Source: an uncultured Myxococcales bacterium
GTDB lineage: Bacteria > Desulfobacterota > Binatia > UBA1149 > CAITLU01
NCBI GenBank assembly: GCA_964476185.1
Contig: CAYYZO010000002.1
Coordinates: forward strand, 25,116 to 89,115
Direction: 5' to 3'
Length of the DNA stretch: 64,000 nucleotides
The translations under genes and the position numbers were made by a program. This document shows, in pieces, positions 57,321 to 64,000 of the stretch; the stretch's first letter is position 1; each line of letters starts with the position of its first letter. The notes under the pieces are model-generated. The model was not told where the DNA came from. It saw nothing but the letters and a program-made list of their open reading frames with translations, and did not search any database.

Positions 57321-58199
57321 TCAGCCAAGTGCGGCGACCAGGCCGCGCGCGAACGCCTGCATCTCCCGCATGCTTGACAGGAGTTCCACGCCGACCGGCG
57401 CGGACGACGGGGAGAGTCCCCGGCCTCCCGCCACGATCCGGCCGCGAAACGCGGCGCCCGCGTGTTCGCGGGCGGGGGCTTGCGCGAGCAGGCGCACCAG
57501 CTCGACGACTTCGTCTCCGCCGATGCTCGCCGTGTGCCAGACGAGGACCGGGTCGTACTCGCGCACGGCGAGGACTTTCGTCGCGAGCGGAGTTCGCGGG
57601 CCGAGGTTCACGTCGCGAAAGCCGATCTCGGCCAGCGAGGCGGCGCACATCAGGCTCGGCAGCAGGTAGGGATCCTCCGGCCCCGCGGAGCCGACGGCGA
57701 CGGGCGCGCCGTCGGCCGCCGGCGGCAGCGCGGCGCGCATCGTGCCGAGCGCGTGCAGGCAGGTGTCGGTCGCCCGATGCTCGACGAGGATGCCCTTCTC
57801 GTCGTGCTGCCAGATCTCGCCGATGGTCTCGAGGGCGGCGCGGATCGGGCCGTCGCAGAGCGACGCGATCGATTCGCCGCCGAGGAACGCGGACAGGAGC
57901 AGGCTGAGGGAGCGACGCTGGTCGTCCGCCAGGAAGGCTCCGTGCAGCGCGGCGGCCCGAACCGGTTCGGAAAGGGAGGCGTCGTCCGTTCGCACGTCGA
58001 CGAGCGAGAGCAGGTCGGGGCGCGCCGGGACGGTGCAGCGCGAGCGGGCGAAGCGGAGCACCTCGGTGCGGTCGATGCGGCGATGGCCGCCCGCCGTGAG
58101 CCGGGCGGCCAGCTCCCCGTTGTCGACCCATCGTTTGACCGACGATTCGCTGACCCCGAGGGCGTCGGCGACTTCGCGGGGACTCAGAAGCGATTGCAC
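57321..58199 (-). CDS. MerR-family transcriptional regulator with C-terminal B12-binding-like domain (LitR/CarH/CarA-like)
   Basis: N-terminal MerR helix-turn-helix ([26 protein letters not shown]). C-terminal Rossmann-like B12-binding-domain-like region, but the canonical DxHxxG His is replaced (EDPYLLPS). GTG start 6 nt after AAGGAA. Confidence 0.65.
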   Translation of the reverse strand: MQSLLSPREVADALGVSESSVKRWVDNGELAARLTAGGHRRIDRTEVLRFARSRCTVPARPDLLSLVDVRTDDASLSEPVRAAALHGAFLADDQRRSLSLLLSAFLGGESIASLCDGPIRAALETIGEIWQHDEKGILVEHRATDTCLHALGTMRAALPPAADGAPVAVGSAGPEDPYLLPSLMCAASLAEIGFRDVNLGPRTPLATKVLAVREYDPVLVWHTASIGGDEVVELVRLLAQAPAREHAGAAFRGRIVAGGRGLSPSSAPVGVELLSSMREMQAFARGLVAALG

Positions 58200-58210
58200 G
58201 ATTCCTTGAT

Positions 58211-58224
58211 GAACGATTTGGACG
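58211..58224. promoter_or_regulatory. Operator-like 14-mer GAACGATTTGGACG, copy 1 (in the 5' leader of the MerR-like gene)
   Basis: Direct repeat of the 14-mer at 58364-58377 with one mismatch. Internal GAACG-N4-G[GA]ACG sub-repeats. Confidence 0.4.
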
Positions 58225-58363
58225 AAACAATCAACCGGGTCATGCGGCCCGCTTGGGGGGCTCGGGCGGAGGATTAGCCGGAGTGTTCGGAGAAAAAATG
58301 TGGAAAAATGGGTCCGGGTCCGGTTGCCCGATCGCCTGGAAGCAGGTAGTGGAGAACACGACT

Positions 58364-58377
58364 GAACGATTTGAACG
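58364..58377. promoter_or_regulatory. Operator-like 14-mer GAACGATTTGAACG, copy 2 (about 20 nt upstream of the folE start)
   Basis: See copy 1. Located just upstream of the folE RBS GGAGG. Confidence 0.4.
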
Positions 58378-58399
58378 TTTAAAGACTGGAGGTACCCCC

Positions 58400-59068
58400 A
58401 TGACCATTGCCGCCGAACCGTGCCGCGTGAACGTCCAGACAGCGCCCCCGCTGTCCGAACCGAACCTTCGCGTGGCCTCGCCCTCCGAATCCCCGGTCGA
58501 CCTCGGGCGCATCGAGCGGGCCGTACGCGAGATCCTCGCGGCGGTCGGCGAGGACCCGGACCGGGAAGGACTCCTCGAGACCCCGGCGCGGGTCGCCCGG
58601 GCCTATGCCGAGTTGCTGTCGGGCCTGCGGGACGACGCAGGCCGGCATCTCTCCCGCGTCTTCGGGCACGAGTCGCCGGGCGACGACCTCGTCGTCGTGC
58701 GCGACATCGACTTCCAGAGCATGTGCGAGCACCATCTGCTGCCGTTCCGCGGCAAGGCGCACGTCGCGTACCTGCCGGCGGACGGCAAGGTGGTGGGCCT
58801 CAGCAAGATCGCGCGCACCGTCGACGTGTTCGCGCGCCGCCCGCAGCTGCAGGAGAGGCTGACGGCGAACGTCGCCGACGCCATCGCCGAGCACCTCGGC
58901 GCGCGCGGCGTCGCCGTCGTGGTCACGGCCGAGCACCTCTGCATGCAGCTGCGCGGCGCGCGCAAGCAGCAGGCGGACATGGTCACGAGCGCGTTCCGGG
59001 GCGCGCTCGCCGACGACGAGGCGCTGCATCGCCGCGCGATGCTGCTGTTGTCGGGGGCTTCGTTCTGA
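58400..59068 (+). CDS. folE: GTP cyclohydrolase I FolE
   Basis: Core FolE ([31 protein letters not shown]...RPQLQERLT). Confidence 0.9.
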   Translation: MTIAAEPCRVNVQTAPPLSEPNLRVASPSESPVDLGRIERAVREILAAVGEDPDREGLLETPARVARAYAELLSGLRDDAGRHLSRVFGHESPGDDLVVVRDIDFQSMCEHHLLPFRGKAHVAYLPADGKVVGLSKIARTVDVFARRPQLQERLTANVADAIAEHLGARGVAVVVTAEHLCMQLRGARKQQADMVTSAFRGALADDEALHRRAMLLLSGASF

Positions 59069-59161
59069 TGGCGCGGCGACCAGCCGACGGGGCGGCCCGG
59101 CGCCCGTTCGCGTGCGGGAACCCGGCGGTCCGCGACCGTCGAGATTTCGGGAGGTGAAGAG

Positions 59162-59734
59162 ATGAGGACGATTCGATGTTCCGCTCCGTTCGCCGTCGTC
59201 GCGGCGCTCGTGGCGACGCTGGCCGGCGCCTCCGGCGCGCGCGCGGACCTGCTCGCCGCAGGCGCCGCGTTCCCCGCCTGGGAACTGCCGGACCAGGCTT
59301 CGACGACGGTTCGATCGCAGGATCTCGCCGGCAAGACGTACCTGCTCTGGTTCTATCCGAAGGCCCGAACGCCGGGCTGCACGCGCGAAGCCCAGGCGCT
59401 TCGCGACGAGCACGCGAAGCTCGTCGCCGCCGGAGTGACCGTCCTCGGCGTGTCGTTCGACGCTCCCGAGGCGAACGCCGAGTTCGTGCTGGAGGAATCG
59501 CTGCCGTTCCGGCTGCTCTCGGACCGGGAGCGCACGCTCGCGGTCGCCGTCGGCGCGGCGTCGTCGAAGTCCGCGTTCTTCGCGAAGCGGATCTCGTATC
59601 TCGTCGGTCCCGACGCAACGGTCCGAAAGGCCTACGCCGACGTGGACCCGGCCACGCACGCCGCCGAGGTGCTCGCCGACGTGGCGGGTCCGGCGGCCGC
59701 GCCCGCAGCGGTGGAGCACGACGATGCGCACTGA
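59162..59734 (+). CDS. bcp: Peroxiredoxin Bcp-type (thiol peroxidase) with signal peptide
   Basis: Peroxidatic Cys motif YPKARTPGCT and thioredoxin fold. N-terminal signal peptide, so probably periplasmic. RBS GGGAGG. Confidence 0.85.
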   Translation: MRTIRCSAPFAVVAALVATLAGASGARADLLAAGAAFPAWELPDQASTTVRSQDLAGKTYLLWFYPKARTPGCTREAQALRDEHAKLVAAGVTVLGVSFDAPEANAEFVLEESLPFRLLSDRERTLAVAVGAASSKSAFFAKRISYLVGPDATVRKAYADVDPATHAAEVLADVAGPAAAPAAVEHDDAH

Positions 59735-60275
59735 CGGCCTGGACCGCCTGATGTCGTGCGCGCTCGCGGCGGCGCTCGCCGGCCTGGTCGGTTGCTCCGC
59801 TTCGCGACCGCCGATGCCGGTCGTGAAGCACGTCGACCTCGAACGCTTCATGGGAGACTGGTACGTGATCGCGAACATCCCGACGTCGTTCGAGGAGGGG
59901 GCGCACAATGCCGTGGAGTCGTACCGCCTCGACGACGACGGCTCGATCGCGACGACGTTCACGTTCCGGGCGGGAGCCTTCGACGGCGAGGCGAAGCGCT
60001 TCGAGCCGCGCGGGTTCGTCCTCGACCGGGAGACCAACGCGCTTTGGGGCATGCAGTTCGTCTGGCCCGTCCGGGCCGACTACCGCATCGTCCACCTCGC
60101 GAGCGACTACTCGCGCACGATCGTCGCGCGTCGCAAGCGCGACTTCGTCTGGATCATGGCGCGCACGCCGCAGATCCCCGACGCGGACCTCGAGGAACTC
60201 GTGCGCCGCGCCGGGGAACTCGGATACGACACGTCGCGGATCCGGAAAGTGCCGCAACGGTGGCCGGCGCCATGA
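59724..60275 (+). CDS. blc: Bacterial lipocalin Blc (outer-membrane lipoprotein)
   Basis: Lipobox LVGCSAS and the lipocalin SCR1 motif (FMGDWYVIANIP). Confidence 0.85.
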   Translation: MRTDGLDRLMSCALAAALAGLVGCSASRPPMPVVKHVDLERFMGDWYVIANIPTSFEEGAHNAVESYRLDDDGSIATTFTFRAGAFDGEAKRFEPRGFVLDRETNALWGMQFVWPVRADYRIVHLASDYSRTIVARRKRDFVWIMARTPQIPDADLEELVRRAGELGYDTSRIRKVPQRWPAP

Positions 60276-61729
60276 GCCAGCGCGTCGCGGTGCTCGGCGC
60301 GAGCGGTTACGTCGGCGGCCGCCTGCTGCGGCCGCTGCTGGAGGCCGGCTACGGCGTCCGGGCGATCGGAAGGCGCCCCGAGTTCCTGGTCGAGCGGGTG
60401 CCGGAAGGAGTGGAGGTCCGGCGCGGCGACGCGCTCGACCTCGCCTCGCTCGTCGAAGCGCTCGAAGGCTGCGATGCGGCGTTCTACCTGGTCCACTCGA
60501 TGGGGTCGCACGGGAGCTTCGAGGACGAAGACCGCGCGGCCGCGTCGAACTTCGTGGCGGCCGCCGCCGCGGCCGGCCTGAAGCGCGTCGTCTACCTCGG
60601 CGGGCTCGGCGACGACGCCAGCGAACTGTCGAGCCACCTGCGCAGCCGGCACGAGACCGGCCGCATCCTGCGCAGCGGCCCCGTGCCGGTCATCGAACTG
60701 CGCGCGTCGATCGTGATCGGATCCGGCAGCCTTTCGTTCGAGATGGTGCGCACGCTGACCGAGCGGCTGCCGGTGATGATCACGCCGCGCTGGGTGCGCG
60801 TCCCGGCCCAGCCCATCGCAATCGAGGATCTCGTCGCGTACCTGCTGGCCTCGCTGCGCCTGCCGGACGATCGCAGCCGCGTGTTCGAGATCGGCGGCGC
60901 CGACGTCGTCTCGTACGGCGGCGTGATGAGCGAGTACGCGCGCCAGCGCGGGCTGCGACGCCTGATGCTACCGTTCCCGTTCCTGACGCCGTGGCTGTCG
61001 AGCCTGTGGCTCGGCTTCGTGACGCCGCTCTACGCGCGCATCGGCCGCAAGCTCGTCGAGAGCATCGTCCATCCCACCGTGGTCCGCGACGACTCGGCGC
61101 GGCGCGAGTTCCCGGAGATCCGGCCGATCGGTTGCCGCGAAGCGGTCTCCCGCGCGCTCTCGAACGAAGACGAGGAAGTCGCCGAGACGCGCTGGTCGGA
61201 CGCCCTGTCGGCGGCGGGCCGGGCGGCGGACTGGGGAGGCACCCGCTTCGGCAACCGGCTCGTCGATTCGCGGACCTCGTTCGTCGGCGTCCCGCCTTCG
61301 GCGGCGTTCGAACCGGTCCGCTGCATCGGCGGCGCCAACGGCTGGTACTACGCGGACCTGCTGTGGCGGATCCGCGGCGTGATCGACCTCTGGGTGGGAG
61401 GAGTGGGCCTGCGCCGCGGTCGTCGCCACGCCGAGAACCTGAGGGTCGGGGATGCGCTCGACTGGTGGCGGGTCGAGGCCTTCGAGCCGGATCGCCGGCT
61501 CCGGCTCGTCGCCGAGATGAAGCTGCCGGGGCGCGCCTGGCTCGAGTTCGACGTCGAGCCGGCCCACGGGGGCAGCATCCTGCGGCAGACGGCGATCTTC
61601 GATCCGGCGGGGCTCGCCGGGCTGCTCTACTGGTACGCGGTCTACCCGCTGCACGCGATGATCTTCCGCGGCATGCTGGCCTCGATCGCCGAACGGGCGA
61701 GGAACGCCCACCGCGGGATCGACGGCTAG
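60272..61729 (+). CDS. Fusion: NAD(P)H-binding SDR/NmrA-like domain plus DUF2867 domain protein
   Basis: N-terminal VAVLGASGYVGGRLL Rossmann segment. A C-terminal roughly 150 aa resembles DUF2867. ATG overlaps the blc TGA (ATGA). Confidence 0.7.
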   Translation: MSQRVAVLGASGYVGGRLLRPLLEAGYGVRAIGRRPEFLVERVPEGVEVRRGDALDLASLVEALEGCDAAFYLVHSMGSHGSFEDEDRAAASNFVAAAAAAGLKRVVYLGGLGDDASELSSHLRSRHETGRILRSGPVPVIELRASIVIGSGSLSFEMVRTLTERLPVMITPRWVRVPAQPIAIEDLVAYLLASLRLPDDRSRVFEIGGADVVSYGGVMSEYARQRGLRRLMLPFPFLTPWLSSLWLGFVTPLYARIGRKLVESIVHPTVVRDDSARREFPEIRPIGCREAVSRALSNEDEEVAETRWSDALSAAGRAADWGGTRFGNRLVDSRTSFVGVPPSAAFEPVRCIGGANGWYYADLLWRIRGVIDLWVGGVGLRRGRRHAENLRVGDALDWWRVEAFEPDRRLRLVAEMKLPGRAWLEFDVEPAHGGSILRQTAIFDPAGLAGLLYWYAVYPLHAMIFRGMLASIAERARNAHRGIDG

Positions 61730-61917
61730 CGGCGCTCCAGCCGGTCCGCCGACCGGACAACGGTCGCGCCGGACCGCGCTGCTCCAGGCGGCCAGGCGAG
61801 GGTGTACCCGCGCTGCGCTGCAGGCCGGCCTGGGAACGGCGATCGGGAACTCGGTCGATTCGAGGAGAGGGGGCGGGGACCGGGCGCGATGCCTGGCCCG
61901 GCCGGGAGGGGGGCGGC

Positions 61918-61937
61918 GAGCGCCGCCGGCGGCGCTC
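61918..61937. terminator. Perfect 20-bp GC palindrome GAGCGCCGCCGGCGGCGCTC overlapping the rpmB stop codon
   Basis: Self-complementary sequence seen directly. Sits between convergent genes (SDR-DUF2867 and rpmB). No U-tract, so it is a terminator or RNA-stability hairpin candidate only. Confidence 0.35.
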
Positions 61938-62127
61938 AGGCCGCCTTGACGACCTTGCCGCTGCGGATGCAGCGCGTGCAGACCTTCAGGGTCTTGCGGG
62001 TCGCGCCGACGAGGGCGTGGACCGTCTGCAGGTTCGGCTGCCAGGTCCTCTTGGTCTTGTTGTTCGCGTGCGAGACGTTGTTGCCGACGCCTCGGCGCTT
62101 GTCACAGATGTCGCAGGTACGGGCCAC
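61936..62127 (-). CDS. rpmB: 50S ribosomal protein L28
   Basis: 63 aa, [34 protein letters not shown]. Confidence 0.95.
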   Translation of the reverse strand: MARTCDICDKRRGVGNNVSHANNKTKRTWQPNLQTVHALVGATRKTLKVCTRCIRSGKVVKAA

Positions 62128-62325
62128 GGGACCTTCCTCCAGAAAGCGAAGTCGCGGTAGCTAACACGGGAGCAGCGGGCGGGCAAACTTCGCCGTGGCG
62201 GCCCGGGCGGACGGGCCGCGAACCTCGAACTCGCCCGGGCGCGAGCGCTTCAGTCCCAGTCGTGGCACGTACCCCGGCACACCGGGCGATTGGCGCCTCC
62301 CGGCGCGGTTTGTTATCGGCCGTGG

Positions 62326-63762
62326 ATGGTTTCCCCCAACGCATCCGGCGCCGGGTCTCGCGCCAGGGCGGCTGCGGTCGCCCCCGTCCGCCTCGACGTG
62401 AACGGCTTCTTCTCGCACATCCTCGGTTCGTACGGCCTCGACCCCGACGCGCTCTCCGCGATCGAGCCGCGCGTGCGCGGCGTGCTCGAGCGCATCCGGC
62501 GGCGCCGCGAAGCCGGCGAGCTGCCGTTCCACGACCTGCCGTACGACTCGGCGGGCGCGGCCGAGTGCTCGCGGCTCGGCGCCGAGCTGGCCGGCGAGTT
62601 CGACACGATGATCGTGCTCGGCATCGGCGGTTCCGCGCTCGGCACCAAGGCGGTGCTCGACGCGGTGCCGGCCTCGGTGCGCCCGCGCCGCATGGCGGTG
62701 CACGTGGCCGACAACGTCGACCCGGCGTCGTTCTCCGCGCTGCTGGACGGCGTGGACCTGCGGCGCACCTGCTTCAACGTGATCTCGAAATCCGGCGGCA
62801 CCTCCGAGACGCTCGCGCAGCTGCTCGTCGTGCGCGAGCGGCTCGAGGAGACGGTCGGGGAGGGCCGCTGGTCGCGCCACGTCGTCGTCACGACCGATCC
62901 CGACAAGGGCCCGCTGCGCCGCATGGCCGTCGAACTCGGGCTGCGCTCGCTGCCGGTGCCCGCCGGCGTCGGCGGGCGCTTCTCGGTTCTCTCGGCCGTC
63001 GGCCTGCTGCCGCTGGCCGCCGCCGGCATCGACATCGAACTGCTGCTCGCGGGCGCGCGCCACGCGGACACGCTTTGCGCGCTCGAGGACCCGCGCGCGA
63101 ACCCGGCCGCGCTGCACGCGGCGCTGCTGGTCCTCGCGATGCAGGAGAAGCGCTGCAACGTCCACGTGCTGATGCCGTACAGCGACGGGCTGCTGAGGCT
63201 GGCCGAATGGTACGGCCAGCTGTGGGCCGAGAGCCTCGGCAAGGCGCGGGCGACCGACGGCAGCCTCGTCGAGACGGGCCAGACGCCGGTTCGTGCGCTC
63301 GGCGCGACCGACCAGCACTCGCAGGTGCAGCTGTACGTCGAAGGCCCGCGCGACAAAGTCGTCACGTTCGTGCGCGTCGAGCACCACGCCGACGACATCG
63401 AGATCCCGCGGCGCGAAGGCGACGCCGAGGAATTCGCGTTCCTCGGCGGCCACACGATGGGGGAGCTGCTGAACATGGAGCAGCAGGCCACCGAGCTCGC
63501 GCTCGCCGAGGCCGGCCGCCCGACGAGCGTGCTGACGATCGAGCGCTCCGACGAAGCCGCGCTCGGGCAGATCTTCCACCTGTTCGAGGTGCAGACCCTG
63601 GTCGCCGGCGGCCTGCTCGGCATCGATCCGCTCGACCAGCCGGGCGTCGAGGCCGGCAAGCGCCTGACCTTCGCGATGGCCGGGCGCGCCGGGTACGAGG
63701 CCGACGCCGAGCGCGTCGCGGCGATGCTGGCGCGCAAGCGCGAGGACCTCGTCGTTGGCTGA
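62326..63762 (+). CDS. pgi: Glucose-6-phosphate isomerase (short PGI family)
   Basis: SIS-domain PGI signatures ([41 protein letters not shown]). Start uncertain (ATG 62326 chosen; the track ORF starts at 62290). Confidence 0.8.
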   Translation: MVSPNASGAGSRARAAAVAPVRLDVNGFFSHILGSYGLDPDALSAIEPRVRGVLERIRRRREAGELPFHDLPYDSAGAAECSRLGAELAGEFDTMIVLGIGGSALGTKAVLDAVPASVRPRRMAVHVADNVDPASFSALLDGVDLRRTCFNVISKSGGTSETLAQLLVVRERLEETVGEGRWSRHVVVTTDPDKGPLRRMAVELGLRSLPVPAGVGGRFSVLSAVGLLPLAAAGIDIELLLAGARHADTLCALEDPRANPAALHAALLVLAMQEKRCNVHVLMPYSDGLLRLAEWYGQLWAESLGKARATDGSLVETGQTPVRALGATDQHSQVQLYVEGPRDKVVTFVRVEHHADDIEIPRREGDAEEFAFLGGHTMGELLNMEQQATELALAEAGRPTSVLTIERSDEAALGQIFHLFEVQTLVAGGLLGIDPLDQPGVEAGKRLTFAMAGRAGYEADAERVAAMLARKREDLVVG

Positions 63763-64000
63763 ACCTTCGTCGACCGGCTCGGCCGAGGACGCCCGTCGCG
63801 GGGAGGCCGCCGAACCGTCGGCCCCGGCGCGCCGGCCGCTGCCGATCGCGCTGCTCGACGAACGCACCGTCGCCGGCATCGCGGCCGGTGAGGTCGTCGA
63901 GCGTCCTGCGTCGGCGGTCAAGGAGCTCGTCGAGAACGCGCTCGACGCTGGCGCGACCAGCGTGCGCGTCGACTACGACGACGGCGGCGGACGCACCCGC
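63755..64000 (+). CDS. mutL: DNA mismatch repair protein MutL (N-terminal fragment, continues beyond the window)
   Basis: [27 protein letters not shown] ATPase motif I. TTG 63755 is the only canonical in-frame start and gives a roughly 27-aa N-terminal extension; it overlaps the pgi stop. Confidence 0.8.
   Translation, partial: MAEPSSTGSAEDARRGEAAEPSAPARRPLPIALLDERTVAGIAAGEVVERPASAVKELVENALDAGATSVRVDYDDGGGRTR

Noticed and set aside
57196-57330. Short tandem repeats (CGTCGGCGTGCG x2, GCGTTGCGCC x2) as a possible CRISPR-like or satellite element
   Set aside because: Only two copies each within a 130-bp convergent intergenic region. They are better explained as hairpin-forming terminator-region sequence and as coding low-complexity in an antisense frame.

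Overview
This is a high-GC (about 72%) chromosomal segment from a Gram-negative bacterium. The genes LpxI, NtrY, a type II secretion system (T2SS) and BamA/BamD are consistent with a deltaproteobacterial/Myxococcota-like or other high-GC proteobacterial lineage, but phylogeny cannot be proven here. The window is almost entirely coding and is core genome rather than an obvious mobile island. No rRNA, tRNA, CRISPR array, transposase or integrase was seen.

Gene content, 5' to 3':
- A tyrosine phosphatase and BamD.
- Two tandem ArsA/Get3-like ATPases and an MgtC/DUF4010 membrane protein.
- A TPR membrane protein.
- The conserved rsfS-nadD-proA-proB-obg-rpmA-rplU block on the minus strand.
- A DUF2064 / App1-like / CutA trio.
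- rlpA, then ruvCAB directly followed by an NtrY-type histidine kinase.
- A gene encoding an NtrX-type receiver (REC) domain fused in frame to a full-length LpxC. This is the most unusual feature.
- A complete T2SS operon, gspC through gspN, on the minus strand.
- A roughly 17.6 kb same-strand envelope-biogenesis supercluster: lysS-lolCE-lolD-bamA-skp-lpxA-lpxI-(GnnA-like oxidoreductase)-lpxB-msbA-DUF374-waaA-lpxK-epimerase-trm112-kdkA.
- yicC-gmk-spoT-ridA.
- A LitR/CarH-like MerR regulator divergent from folE, with repeated operator-like 14-mers.
- bcp-blc and an SDR-DUF2867 fusion, then rpmB, pgi and the 5' end of mutL.

Many long ORFs in the six-frame track are antisense or alternate-frame artefacts of the GC bias. 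Gene starts were re-derived by homology and by stop/start coupling.
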